Source: an uncultured Thermomicrobiales bacterium (GTDB lineage Bacteria; Chloroflexota; Chloroflexia; Thermomicrobiales; CFX8). Taken from it: a stretch of DNA of 64,000 nt. Positions 1-9,871 of this stretch are shown here, piece by piece. Each line of letters starts with the position of its first letter. Position 1 is the stretch's first letter. The stretch lies in the NCBI GenBank assembly GCA_964577155.1, contig CAZNYB010000003.1, forward strand, positions 13,815 through 77,814, read 5' to 3'. The notes under the pieces are model-generated. The model worked only from the letters and a program-made list of their open reading frames with translations, was not told the origin of the DNA and made no database searches. The translations under genes were made by a program, and so were the position numbers.

Positions 1-452
1 GAAGCGTCCGCCGCCGAGAAGACGGGGCATCCGAATCGTTGCGGATCTTCAACTGCCTTAAGAAAGATAGTCGCGCCACCTCGGAAGTCAGCCACTGCCG
101 GACCAATATCTGCATCGGTTGTATTATCACCGAGAATAACGCAGATTGACTCCCCTTCCGCAAAAGTTTCAGCCAAACTGAGAGCCTGGGCAATTCCACC
201 ACTATCTTCTTGGTAGGCGTATTCAAACTGCCGGACTCCAAACTGCCGGCCATTGCGCAACACAGGGATGAAATCTCCAGCGTGCGGCCCGCCTGTCACG
301 ATCATGATTTCATAGATACCAGCTGCTACCAGCGTCTGTATTGGATAGAAGATCATTGGCATGTCATAAACTGGCAGGAGGTGCTTGTTAGTCGCGTAGG
401 TCAGAGGATAGAGCCGGCTGCCGAGTCCGCCAGCGAGGATAATCCCTTTCAT
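1..452 (-). CDS. rmlA: glucose-1-phosphate thymidylyltransferase-like sugar nucleotidyltransferase; N-terminal ~150 aa only, the rest lies outside the window
   Basis: Absent from the ORF track because there is no stop in the window. My reverse-strand translation from the ATG at 452-450 reads MKGIILAGGLGSRLYPLTYATNKHLLPVYDMPMIFYPIQTLVAAGIYEIMIVTGGPHAGDF. This matches the GGxG[ST]RLxP[LI]T and K-x-LLP-[VI]-YDKPMIYYP signatures of RmlA/RfbA. Confidence 0.8.
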   Translation of the reverse strand, partial: MKGIILAGGLGSRLYPLTYATNKHLLPVYDMPMIFYPIQTLVAAGIYEIMIVTGGPHAGDFIPVLRNGRQFGVRQFEYAYQEDSGGIAQALSLAETFAEGESICVILGDNTTDADIGPAVADFRGGATIFLKAVEDPQRFGCPVFSAADA

Positions 453-767
453 GGTGAACAGATTCCTTCACGATTCACGAATTCAATTTCGAACCCGTCC
501 GCACACATCTCCCGGACCCGGCTTCTATCATGGAGTGCGATCAGCGCCGGTCATTCGAGATCGGTTGCGTTCGACTCTTCTACAGAATTGGACAAAATGG
601 TGTCAGCTGCCCGACCTGTCATCCAGAAAGCGCCTGCCGTCGCGTCCAGCAGTGGACCGAAAAAGAGCGATATACCATCTGAATCCCGACCCACCTGCTA
701 CGACGACGCTACGTATCATTTCAAGTCCTTCAGCTATACCGCGAATCTTCAGGTTAAATCGCGGCTA

Positions 768-1718
768 TCAAACGTCTGGGCCAGCTATCGCCATCTGTTC
801 TAGAGTCTCTCGAGTCCAGGCAACAGTCAGATTCAGACCATCCTGAAAGCTTGTAAGTGGTTCCCAATCAAGTCGCTGCCTGGCAAGGTCGCCGGTCAGA
901 TAGATCTTGTAAACCTCACCGGCCCGGACGGGCGCGAATTGAGGTTCATGCCTGTAGCCAATCGCCTCGGCAAGTGCGGCGAAGATCTGGTTGACGCTCA
1001 TCCCTCGCCCCGAACCGAGATTAACGATCGTTCTCGATCCGCGGTCGAGCGCGAGCAGATTCGACCGTGCCACATCACCAACGTACACAAAATCCCGTTC
1101 TTGCTTGCCATCGCCGTAGATCGTGACTGGTCTATTTTGTAGCATCAAGCCGATGAAGATGGCCACAACTCCGGCCTCACCTTCGGGATCTTGCCTCGGC
1201 CCGTAAACGTTGGGATAACGCAGCACCGTGAAGTCGAGGTCATAAAGCTGTGAGTAGAGTTCCAGATAGTGTTCGACGGTATGTTTCGAGATACCGTAGT
1301 GTGACAACGGCACGATCGGATGATCTTCGTCGCAGGGCAGATAGCGCGGTTCACCGTACATCGCACCACCGGTGGAAGCATAAATGATTTTACGCACCCC
1401 GGCGGTGGCGGCGATCTCAAGAAGATTAATCGAACCTTCCACGTTGATCTGAGCGTCCCGGCGCGGATGCTGGATGGATACTCGTACGCTCATCTGGGCT
1501 GCATGGTGGCTGATTACCTCGGGGCTGAAGTCCCGGACCGCGGCTTCGAGAGATGAATCACGAATGTCACATTCGTAGAGTTGGACCCCTTCGGGAATGT
1601 TGGAGCGTTTCCCGGTAGAGAAATCATCGAGCACTGCGACCTCATGCCCGGCGTTCCGACATTGCTCAGCGACGTGCGATCCGATAAATCCCGCGCCACC
1701 AGTAACCAGTATCCGCAT
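768..1718 (-). CDS. NAD-dependent epimerase/dehydratase (extended SDR, UDP-hexose 4-epimerase-like)
   Basis: ORF 768..1733. Start moved to the ATG at 1718 (MRILVTGGAGFIGSH), which has GAGGGA 9 nt upstream. GxxGxxG Rossmann motif, STGGAMYG and YGISK (YxxxK) catalytic motifs. Confidence 0.8.
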   Translation of the reverse strand: MRILVTGGAGFIGSHVAEQCRNAGHEVAVLDDFSTGKRSNIPEGVQLYECDIRDSSLEAAVRDFSPEVISHHAAQMSVRVSIQHPRRDAQINVEGSINLLEIAATAGVRKIIYASTGGAMYGEPRYLPCDEDHPIVPLSHYGISKHTVEHYLELYSQLYDLDFTVLRYPNVYGPRQDPEGEAGVVAIFIGLMLQNRPVTIYGDGKQERDFVYVGDVARSNLLALDRGSRTIVNLGSGRGMSVNQIFAALAEAIGYRHEPQFAPVRAGEVYKIYLTGDLARQRLDWEPLTSFQDGLNLTVAWTRETLEQMAIAGPDV

Positions 1719-1744
1719 ATGTTTGTCCCTCATTCGCTTGCTAG

Positions 1745-3232
1745 CTAGTACGCTCCAACACCACGCAACACGGCGGGCAACGTGCGCGCCAAAATCTCCA
1801 GATCACGCCAAACTGAATAGGTTCGGATGTAGTACATGTCGAGCCTGACGCGATCCTCATAGCCAAGACGGCTGCGCCCGCTAATTTGCCAGAGTCCGGT
1901 TAGACCCGGCTTCACGGTGATCAGGTTGTCACGCCAGTGACCAAATTTCGGCAGCTCACTTTCAGTGATCATCCGCGGACCAACCAGGCTCATCTGCCCA
2001 CGCAGCACATTGATCAGCTGAGGCAACTCATCCAGGCTCCATCTCCGCAAAAGATGTCCGATCGAAGTGATGCGCGGATCATCCTCGAGCTTCCCGCGTT
2101 CGGCAAGTTCGGCTCGTAGATCGGGACGGCTTAGAAGCATCTCCTCTCCGTCGGTTCGCATCGTGCGGAACTTCAGCGCATCAAAACGTCGCCCGCGCTC
2201 TCCAATTACTTGCCGCCGATACAACACAGGTCCAGGAGACGTGAGTTTGACGGCGATTGCCAGCAGAATAAGGAGAGGTGAAAGAAGCACAAGCACGGAA
2301 AGAGATATGAAATAATCCAGAGCGCGCTTGAAAATGAAATCGAAACCGGTGATGCGTACCTTCTTAAGAGTTACCAGCGGCAAGCCCTGAATGTCACGCA
2401 CATCGACGCCAGTCGTCTGGATTTCGTACATCCCGGGAATCAGATGGAGGTTGGTCGATTCCCTTGAAAGCTCTCTCACAAGCATCGCGAGTGCTGTCTG
2501 TGACACTGACGCTGCGCTGACGATAACGTCGTCAATGCGATGATAATTCGTCAGTTCGGATAGACGCGATGCTTCCTCAGGAGCACTCTCGTTCTCGAAA
2601 TCCCTCGGATCCAGCATTAAGACCGGATGCAACCCACTTGATGGTATGTCTCGAATCAGCTCGAGAAGTAGTTCCAGGTGTTCCTGGGAAGCGACGATAG
2701 CAACTCGACGCCCGGCAATTCCATTGACGCGGAGTCGGTAAATGACACGTCGCAGCACGAAGCGCGAGAGGGAAACCACGATTATCAAGCAGAACCAGGA
2801 AATGACGATCCAGCCACGGGAGATGACGAGGTTGTCGTCCAGAAAAAAACTCAATAGGATGACGAGAAGCATTGACGATGTCGACGCCGAAACGACGCGC
2901 GCGTATTCCTGATAGCCATCAAAGAGCAGGCTTAATGAATACAGTCGATAAATCGCGAAAATTATCACGATAAACGGCACGAGCCAAAAGACGAGAGACG
3001 AATAAAAGCCCTGTGGTGAACCCTCCGGCACGTAGAAGATGCCGAGTTGAGTTTTGAATCGAAACCAGTAGGCTCCATAAAACGCACCACATATGGCTGC
3101 AATGTCAACCCCGATGAGACAAAGCACCATCAAGGACCGCACCGCATTCGAGCGGCTGCGTGTTTCAAAGAGCGGCCATGGCGCTGGCGTGGACCCGGAG
3201 ATCGGGGCTTCGCGAGAAACTCCCAGGGTCAT
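1745..3232 (-). CDS. polyprenyl-phosphate glycosyl-1-phosphate transferase (bacterial sugar transferase, WbaP/CpsE-like initiating enzyme)
   Basis: ORF 1745..3304. N-terminal TM helices and a C-terminal bacterial sugar transferase domain (LSLVGPRMITESEL, KPGLTGLWQISGRS). Start placed at the ATG at 3232 (MTLGVS), 2 nt from the upstream stop. Confidence 0.85.
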   Translation of the reverse strand: MTLGVSREAPISGSTPAPWPLFETRSRSNAVRSLMVLCLIGVDIAAICGAFYGAYWFRFKTQLGIFYVPEGSPQGFYSSLVFWLVPFIVIIFAIYRLYSLSLLFDGYQEYARVVSASTSSMLLVILLSFFLDDNLVISRGWIVISWFCLIIVVSLSRFVLRRVIYRLRVNGIAGRRVAIVASQEHLELLLELIRDIPSSGLHPVLMLDPRDFENESAPEEASRLSELTNYHRIDDVIVSAASVSQTALAMLVRELSRESTNLHLIPGMYEIQTTGVDVRDIQGLPLVTLKKVRITGFDFIFKRALDYFISLSVLVLLSPLLILLAIAVKLTSPGPVLYRRQVIGERGRRFDALKFRTMRTDGEEMLLSRPDLRAELAERGKLEDDPRITSIGHLLRRWSLDELPQLINVLRGQMSLVGPRMITESELPKFGHWRDNLITVKPGLTGLWQISGRSRLGYEDRVRLDMYYIRTYSVWRDLEILARTLPAVLRGVGAY

Positions 3233-3234
3233 CG

Positions 3235-4434
3235 TCAGGTTGCCCTGGCCAGGATCGCGCTTGGAGCGTATAGCCGCTCGAACGCGCGAACAACATCGTC
3301 CCAATCATGGTTTCGCATTACGTAGTCATACCCCTCCCTGCGAAGAGACTCCGCGTACGTATCCTCTCGCAACAATCGCACGATCTCAGAAGCGAATTCG
3401 TTCGTGGTATCCGCAACGGTGACACCGGGGGGTGTCGTCGTTCCAAGACCGGCGGCAGCTGAACTGGATGCAACGACTGGTAGACCTGCGCCCATCGCTT
3501 CGAGCACCTTGTTCTGAATCCCAACGCTATATGTGATTGGCGCAACAGCAACGCGCGCTGTACGAAGCACGCTAGACATGTTGGGAGGATTGGCGATCAG
3601 GATGACGCCTGCCGTGTGTGTTGCCTGCAGCACCCACTCCGGAGGGTCAGCCCCGGCAATGGTAAGTTCGGCCGTTGGCAGTGCCTGCCGTACCTGCGGC
3701 CAGATTCCGTCCAGCAACCACTTTAATGCCGCCTGATTCGCGTGATAGCTTAGTTTCCCGGTGAACACTGCCCGGGGGACATCAGATAAAGGAGCCGGAC
3801 GAGCAACCGCTCTCTCAACCCCGTTGGGAATGACGACAACATTCTTGATCGGTCGATCGCGAACCATTGCTATGCGATCGCGTTCTGCGACCACAGAAAT
3901 GAAGCTTGCCTGTTCAATGAGACGGTCTTCTGCTCGCTGGGTGCGTCCACGTTCGATCCCCGCAACAATTCGAACTCTGCGGTCGACACCAAACGCCTGA
4001 GCTTGCTCCGCAAGAGCGGTGAGGCAGTCGACAGCGTCATAAACCACATGGGCATCAAGTCCTTGGAACAGATTTGCAGCAACGGCGCCTCTAAAGTGTT
4101 CGATATGGACGACATCATAAGGACGCCCAGACAGCTCGGCTGTGACCAGTTGCTCGCGTACGCAACGGGCAAATCTTGGCGAGGTAGATACCATCTCCTG
4201 AAGAGACCGGAGGGGGTCGCCGAGGAGTCCCCTTAGCTGGCGTATCCGACCGTGCCAAACGATGTAGACAGAGCTGACCTTAGAACGCCATTGGCCAAGA
4301 ATCACTGAATCGTCCGCGTTCCAGGCGAGTCCTACGAGTGTGACTTCATGCCTCAAACACAAGCGTTCCAAGATCATCTTCGATCTAACGCGAGTGAATC
4401 CGGGACCATACGGTAGCACGAACAAGATTCGCAA
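3235..4434 (-). CDS. glycosyltransferase family 4 (GT-B fold)
   Basis: 399-aa ORF with a C-terminal GT1/GT4 core (VAVAPITYSVGIQNKVLEAMGAGLPVVAS), the E-x7-E-type region. Confidence 0.8.
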   Translation of the reverse strand: MRILFVLPYGPGFTRVRSKMILERLCLRHEVTLVGLAWNADDSVILGQWRSKVSSVYIVWHGRIRQLRGLLGDPLRSLQEMVSTSPRFARCVREQLVTAELSGRPYDVVHIEHFRGAVAANLFQGLDAHVVYDAVDCLTALAEQAQAFGVDRRVRIVAGIERGRTQRAEDRLIEQASFISVVAERDRIAMVRDRPIKNVVVIPNGVERAVARPAPLSDVPRAVFTGKLSYHANQAALKWLLDGIWPQVRQALPTAELTIAGADPPEWVLQATHTAGVILIANPPNMSSVLRTARVAVAPITYSVGIQNKVLEAMGAGLPVVASSSAAAGLGTTTPPGVTVADTTNEFASEIVRLLREDTYAESLRREGYDYVMRNHDWDDVVRAFERLYAPSAILARAT

Positions 4435-4546
4435 ACGCAGACTCCTGATTTCCCACCGCTACTAGCATCACAGCATTGACACTACCAGACCCCATCGCGA
4501 TTCGAATGTTTCAGCAGTCCGTTCGAAGCTGACAATCAATTCACGA

Positions 4547-5983
4547 TCAGGCCGCGCTCGAAGCCGATCTGCGCCTGCCGCGCAGCAGTTCGTCAAGTGC
4601 TCGATCCTCTAGCTTCATCTCCACACTCATGGGATGCGGAGACGGGGCATTTGAGGCCAGGCGCATCAGGAGATCTCGCTCCACGCTCAGACGTTGAAGC
4701 GCTTTTGCAAGCGCGACACTGCTACCTGGCGCAAAGAGCAGACCGTCCACACCATCGCGAACCATCTCGGCCATGCCTCCGTGGTTCGCGGTGACGACGG
4801 GCACACCTATCGCCTGGGCTTCAAGAATGACGTTTGGGCTGTTTTCGAACCATCGAGATGGGACGACGAGCACATCCGATGCGGCAAGTGCATCGCCGAT
4901 CTGGTCCCGCGATAGCGATGTGCCGAGCCGGATACTTCCTCCTGCTCCGCTGCCGATTTTCATAGATCCATCTGTCATAGGACCATGGATATCGAGCTCG
5001 ATGTTATGTCCCTGTTCAACGAGTCGGGACACGGCATCAACGAGCAGGTCCACGCCCTTATGACGCGTTACCTGACCCAGATACAGGACTCGCAGGGTGC
5101 CCGGTTCGTGTGAGCTTCCCCTGGGAGTTGAGCGTTGCATATCATCGAGTCCCTGGCGGACAGTCAGAATCCGCTCACGCTTGACGCCAATATCGACGAA
5201 GACATCTGTGAGGAATTGAGAGTTGCAGATAACCAGACCGACGCCGGCCAGTGCCTGACGGATGCGCTCTTCGCGAAGTTCGAATGCTCTCACCCCTCCC
5301 GTCCGTAGTTGAGTCAGAGCCGCGGATCCGCGTCCGAAGTCTGATAGCAGAGTCCACGAGAGATGTTGAAATCTTGAACCGAAGAATTCGACCGGGTGGC
5401 GAGCAGTCAACCTGCACGACGCGCAATCGGAAGCGTGTCGCGGCCCGGGACAACAGCTGCCGTCGGGGCGCAGGAGCGTGTGGCGCTGGCAGCGGTGCCA
5501 AAAATCAGTCGCGAATAGCACCGATGGGATGTCGGACTCGGCAGCGATCTCCAGCGGATGCAACCCGAAGATTGCGCCACTGAGCTGATAGATGATGTCT
5601 GGCTGAAAACCATCGATGCAACGTCGCAATTCAGGTCCGAGGAGCGGATGGAGGTAGGTGTCCGATAGTGGCTGAGTACTGTCGGCAACAGCGAATTTCA
5701 ACCGACGAACCGGCGTCCCATCGATCTCATCCTCAGTACTCTCAAGCTGTCCGAATGGGATCTCCTTCGAAAGGCGTGGATCTGCTGCCAGGACCTGCAC
5801 CGTGTGACCATGCCGGCGCCACCACGCCACTTTACGTCGCATCTGCTGCTCAGCGCCTCCCATCTGGTTCGGCGGGTAGCCGTGCGCGACGACGAGAATG
5901 CGAAGGACCGCCTTCGCTTCGTCCTTGAACATATCTACTGGCGGTACCCTGAGCGGTGTGCCTAGGTTCGCCGTCTCATGCAC
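4547..5983 (-). CDS. glycosyltransferase family 4 (GT-B fold)
   Basis: 478-aa ORF with LVVPSRWFENSPNVILEAQAIGVPVVTANHGGMAEMV, typical of glycosyl transferases group 1. GTG start with AAGGGA upstream. Confidence 0.8.
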   Translation of the reverse strand: MHETANLGTPLRVPPVDMFKDEAKAVLRILVVAHGYPPNQMGGAEQQMRRKVAWWRRHGHTVQVLAADPRLSKEIPFGQLESTEDEIDGTPVRRLKFAVADSTQPLSDTYLHPLLGPELRRCIDGFQPDIIYQLSGAIFGLHPLEIAAESDIPSVLFATDFWHRCQRHTLLRPDGSCCPGPRHASDCASCRLTARHPVEFFGSRFQHLSWTLLSDFGRGSAALTQLRTGGVRAFELREERIRQALAGVGLVICNSQFLTDVFVDIGVKRERILTVRQGLDDMQRSTPRGSSHEPGTLRVLYLGQVTRHKGVDLLVDAVSRLVEQGHNIELDIHGPMTDGSMKIGSGAGGSIRLGTSLSRDQIGDALAASDVLVVPSRWFENSPNVILEAQAIGVPVVTANHGGMAEMVRDGVDGLLFAPGSSVALAKALQRLSVERDLLMRLASNAPSPHPMSVEMKLEDRALDELLRGRRRSASSAA

Positions 5984-6031
5984 CTCAATTCCCTTTCATC
6001 TACGCCGCAGGCACGATAAGCGACCTGCAAT

Positions 6032-7534
6032 TCACGTGGTGCGCGGTTGCGATTTATTGTGGCGCTGGAGCATTCCTCTTAATCTAGCCAGCATCGCCGA
6101 CGGATCGATTAGCCCGAAGGCGACCGCAGCAAGAATGTAAATGGTCGCGCCCAATATGATTGCCAAAACAAGTGAAATGTCGGGCGTGAGCCATAACGCC
6201 ACCGCCATCAGCCCGGTTGCCATGCTGACGCGCACCAGTGCGCTTGACAGATGAGGATGAAATGGAAGGATGCCTTGCAGCAGCACGAAGAATAGAATGA
6301 CCGTTGCGAGATCGCTCAAGACCGTGATCGACGCTGCTGCGTACATCCCAAAGCGCGGGATGAACATGAAATTCAGGATGATGTTTGCTACAGCACTTCC
6401 AACGTAGATCGCCGCAGCAGGGCGTTCGCGTCCAATTGCCGCGGTGATGTTTCCAAAAAGAGAAAGTAGAATAACGAATGGAATATCCCAGGCAATAATT
6501 GCGACGACCGGGACAGCCGACTCGAAGTTCGCGCCGTACAGGAAGCTCACCGTTCTGGAGGCAAGCAGCGCTAGGCCAGCACCTGCCGGGACCGCGAAGA
6601 CGATCATCCAATAAACGCTAGCGCGAACCCAGCTCGAAACCCGTTCGGGCGAGGCGCGATGCTCCCGCGCGAGCGAGGGGGTCATCACCACGAGAAACAC
6701 GCCGACGATGCTCACGGCATTGAAGATCAGGCGATAGGAAGCGTTGTACCAGCCGACATCGGCGTCCGCATGGAAGAGCCCCAGAATCACGGTGTCGACA
6801 TTGAAGTTGAGGGTGAGCGCCAGTGATGTGATGCCAAAGGGCAAACTCGCGCGGATAAAGTTTCTCCAGGTTTGCGGGTTGATTCGGAAAGGCAATGGTC
6901 CTAACCGATAGTGATGGATCACCCAGATAGCTGTCATGATTTGGAACGGTATCGCAACGAATCCCGTTAGCAGAAGCGCGTAGATGCCCAATCCAGCCCA
7001 GAGAAGCGCGAGTCCAAGCCCGCTTGTAATTATCTGCCCGATCAAACTGATCGCGGTCGATAGATCAAATCGTTCGTTTGCGGTAAGGATGATCACCAGC
7101 GGAACGAGCAATGCTGAGAGAAGGAATGTCAGCGAAAATAGGAAGATACCAATTGCAAGACTTTGCTCGTAGATTTCTAGCGCAAGCAGAGTTATTCCAG
7201 CGATGCCTGCGATCGCAAGGATCGCTCGCAGTATAACCAGGTTCCAGAAGAGATCGCCGGCCTTACGATGGTCCTGAGCAATTGACCGCTCCACATACTG
7301 GGCCATACCAAGTTCGGAGAAAACGCTAAAGAGCCCGACAAACGCGACTATTGTCGCGTATTGTCCCAGTGCCACTTCTCCGAGTATCCGCACGGCGATG
7401 ATGATGAAGAAAAAGTTCGCGATTCGCGTAAACCAAGAGCCAATCGACGCGGCCACGCTGTTTCGGAATATTGTCCGTCCCAGATCTCGTTCTTGGGCTT
7501 GCTCCTCTTCCGGCGCCGCACAATCCATATACAC
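6032..7534 (-). CDS. wzx: polysaccharide/oligosaccharide flippase (MOP superfamily, Wzx-like)
   Basis: 500-aa polytopic membrane ORF, roughly 12-14 hydrophobic helices by eye, inside a Wzy-type glycan locus. Confidence 0.7.
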   Translation of the reverse strand: MYMDCAAPEEEQAQERDLGRTIFRNSVAASIGSWFTRIANFFFIIIAVRILGEVALGQYATIVAFVGLFSVFSELGMAQYVERSIAQDHRKAGDLFWNLVILRAILAIAGIAGITLLALEIYEQSLAIGIFLFSLTFLLSALLVPLVIILTANERFDLSTAISLIGQIITSGLGLALLWAGLGIYALLLTGFVAIPFQIMTAIWVIHHYRLGPLPFRINPQTWRNFIRASLPFGITSLALTLNFNVDTVILGLFHADADVGWYNASYRLIFNAVSIVGVFLVVMTPSLAREHRASPERVSSWVRASVYWMIVFAVPAGAGLALLASRTVSFLYGANFESAVPVVAIIAWDIPFVILLSLFGNITAAIGRERPAAAIYVGSAVANIILNFMFIPRFGMYAAASITVLSDLATVILFFVLLQGILPFHPHLSSALVRVSMATGLMAVALWLTPDISLVLAIILGATIYILAAVAFGLIDPSAMLARLRGMLQRHNKSQPRTT

Positions 7535-8023
7535 CTCGCCGCTCTCGCCTGCTCATGGTCTAACCATCCAGCCCAACGCGACCAATCCAAGCCTAGGTCG
7601 CGGCGCTACCGCTGAACAGTCAGCACCCGTCGAGGCAGATTGCAGGATTGTCATCATGTCGTTCGATTGGCGAGCTCAGCCTCAATACAGAACAGAGCGA
7701 TAGCGATATCCGGGTCCTCTGATCGCAAACTCGTAATCCCGTCATAGGTCCCGTTTCGCGCCTTTCGGGTGTCCGAAGATTCCGCGTGTCAAACCTGGCG
7801 GCCGTCCAGCGCTGCACACAAGCCGCGAGATGCTCAATGGCATTTGCTTTATCCTCCATTCCGACGGTCGCCCAACGGGTACCCGCCGGCGCGTCACCAA
7901 TGCAGTTCCATTCGAGTCCGGGGTATCAACCACCAGTCGAATTCGAAGCTGCCTTCGCTGCAGCGCTGGGGGTAGATAGGCGCTGATGTCGCAACCGTCT
8001 GCTACGCACACCAGCCTCGACAA

Positions 8024-9415
8024 TTAGCTTGTCGCGACTTCCATCGAAGCGGTCTGGAAACGTTTTTTCGATTGTTGTTGTGCTTCAACTTTCGAAACTA
8101 TCTGTTTGGCCAGATTGACGACTGAGTCACCATTATTCAGACGCGGGTAGAAGTGTTTGGTCGATCCGAGCCAAAGCCCTTCGATCGGAGTTTGGATTCC
8201 CGGGATGTCTTGTGAACGTCCGATCGGGTGTAAGGGTTCAACGTATGGTGCGCGGAAGACTGGCGCGGCGACGATATCGGATTCGTCAAAATCTGGATAT
8301 ATCGTCTTCAACGCGGCAACGAACTGCTCACGCAACTCAGCGTCCGAGCGATGAAAGACTTCTTCGTCTGCCGCGGCGTATTTTGGCAAATAGACGAGAT
8401 GGCGACCATCCAGCAACTCGGGATCGATGATATTCGTTGACTCTATAACGGCGGTGAAAGGCAGGTCTGCGTCGCCGAGATAGAGCGTGTAGTTCGTGCT
8501 CAGGCGTTTCTTCAGCATGAGCACGACGCAGATGACGCCTAGATAATCCTGCATCCGCCTGACATGCTGGATATAGGCATCAGTGCGTTCGCGCTGAACA
8601 AGAGGTTCGACCCCGCGACGCTCACGGCCCTCAATGAGGTTTGCAGAGATTGGCAACGGCACGGTCAGTATGCCGACATCCGTGTCGAAGGTGCGCCCGC
8701 CGGCGCGAACGGTAGTGATGCGGCCATCGGTTGTTATCAGCCGTTCGACTGGCGCGGACATATGAACCTTGCCGCCGTAATCGATGATGCGCTCCGCAAG
8801 CCGGTCGCAGAGTGTCCGATAGCCACCGACGAGATGGCCCGCCATTTCGCGGCGCCCCCCTTTCGAGCGAGTATCACCCATCCTTACCGTGCGAGACCAG
8901 ATGTAGGTAGCCGGGACCTGCTCGAACTGTCCGTTGAACTTGGTCGTTAGAAGCGGACGCCATACACGCTCGAAAACGCGGTTTCCACTGTGCTGTCGAA
9001 GCCAGGTTTCAACATCGATCGATTCAAGTTCCTGCCAGTCCTTGATCCGACGGCATGCCAGGAGTGACCTGATCAATCTCAATCGATCGACAAGACCGAT
9101 CGGTGGAAAACGCAACATGTCGAACGGCGTCGATATCGGATAGGTTTTCCCATTCGTGAAGAATCCGGCTCGAACCGGCTTCATCCGGAACTCGCCGGAG
9201 AGACCTACTTCTGTAATCAGATCTAGTAGATCGAAATCCGCGGCCAGGATACAGTGATAGAAGCGGTCGACACGTACGCCGTCGACCTCAACGTCAGTCG
9301 CTAACCCACCAGGCTGTTCGCTGGCTTCGAGTACCGTGACGTCGTGCCCGTCGCGGGCTAGAAAATACGCGGCACTTAGTCCCAGTATCCCACCCCCGAC
9401 CACTACCGCACGCAT
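8024..9415 (-). CDS. FAD/NAD(P)-dependent oxidoreductase (amine oxidase / phytoene desaturase-like fold)
   Basis: N-terminal dinucleotide-binding motif MRAVVVGGGILGLSAAYFLARDGHDVTVLEASEQPGGLA. 463 aa. AAGAGGAA Shine-Dalgarno upstream. Confidence 0.75.
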   Translation of the reverse strand: MRAVVVGGGILGLSAAYFLARDGHDVTVLEASEQPGGLATDVEVDGVRVDRFYHCILAADFDLLDLITEVGLSGEFRMKPVRAGFFTNGKTYPISTPFDMLRFPPIGLVDRLRLIRSLLACRRIKDWQELESIDVETWLRQHSGNRVFERVWRPLLTTKFNGQFEQVPATYIWSRTVRMGDTRSKGGRREMAGHLVGGYRTLCDRLAERIIDYGGKVHMSAPVERLITTDGRITTVRAGGRTFDTDVGILTVPLPISANLIEGRERRGVEPLVQRERTDAYIQHVRRMQDYLGVICVVLMLKKRLSTNYTLYLGDADLPFTAVIESTNIIDPELLDGRHLVYLPKYAAADEEVFHRSDAELREQFVAALKTIYPDFDESDIVAAPVFRAPYVEPLHPIGRSQDIPGIQTPIEGLWLGSTKHFYPRLNNGDSVVNLAKQIVSKVEAQQQSKKRFQTASMEVATS

Positions 9416-9431
9416 CTTCAGTTCCTCTTTC

Positions 9432-9785
9432 TCAACTCTGAGCGATTAGCGAGACCCCCGCAACGATGGTGATCACCCCGACTATCCTGAGCGGGCTAAC
9501 CGACTCACCGAGAAAATACCAGGACGTGAGGACGATTAGCAGGTAGCTGAGACTAGTCATCGGATACGCAAATGACAGATCCACTCTGGAGAGCACCATC
9601 AGCCAAAAGAATGTCCCGGCGACATAGATGGATAGCCCGGCGATTACCCAGGGCGAAAGCGCCATGCGCAACGCCACTGCAACGATATTCGATTCGCTCA
9701 GCGACTGCGCGCCGAGCATGGTCATCCCTCGCTTGAGAACAAGTTGTCCAGCAACTCCGGCACAAATGCTGATAGCGATAAACAT
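9432..9785 (-). CDS. small EamA/SMR-like 4-TM membrane protein (ArnE/ArnF-type candidate flippase for polyprenyl-phosphate sugars)
   Basis: ORF 9432..9875. The hydrophobic core starts at MFIAISICAGVAGQLVLKRG (ATG at 9785). A TTG at 9875 would overlap the wecB stop. Size and TM pattern resemble ArnE/F-type proteins. Confidence 0.55.
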   Translation of the reverse strand: MFIAISICAGVAGQLVLKRGMTMLGAQSLSESNIVAVALRMALSPWVIAGLSIYVAGTFFWLMVLSRVDLSFAYPMTSLSYLLIVLTSWYFLGESVSPLRIVGVITIVAGVSLIAQS

Positions 9786-9871
9786 TACAGTGGTCAATGG
9801 ACTGTCTCCCAACACTCGAGTCAGCCTCGGACTCGTGAATATTCCCGATCGCAAGGAGATTCTTGACGCGG

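Noticed and set aside
210-846. Plus-strand ORFs 210..803 and 451..846.
   Set aside because: The first overlaps the clearly recognisable RmlA-like coding sequence on the minus strand, and neither has motifs. The remainder falls in a gap that is better explained as decayed minus-strand sequence.
4530-4543. TGAC-AATCAA-TTCA between two GT4 genes, and GTCAC-N7-GTGAC at about 55036-55052.
   Set aside because: The first has an arm mismatch at a conserved G and sits in a short intra-operon spacer. The second has reversed half-site order and different spacing. Neither is counted as a motif member.
7535-8023. 489-bp gap between the FAD oxidoreductase and wzx genes, with several overlapping 66-101-aa ORFs (for example 7620..7859 and 7742..8023).
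   Set aside because: I translated the minus-strand frames and found no recognisable motif, start context or operator-like site. It may be a decayed gene or a long spacer. Nothing supports a call.
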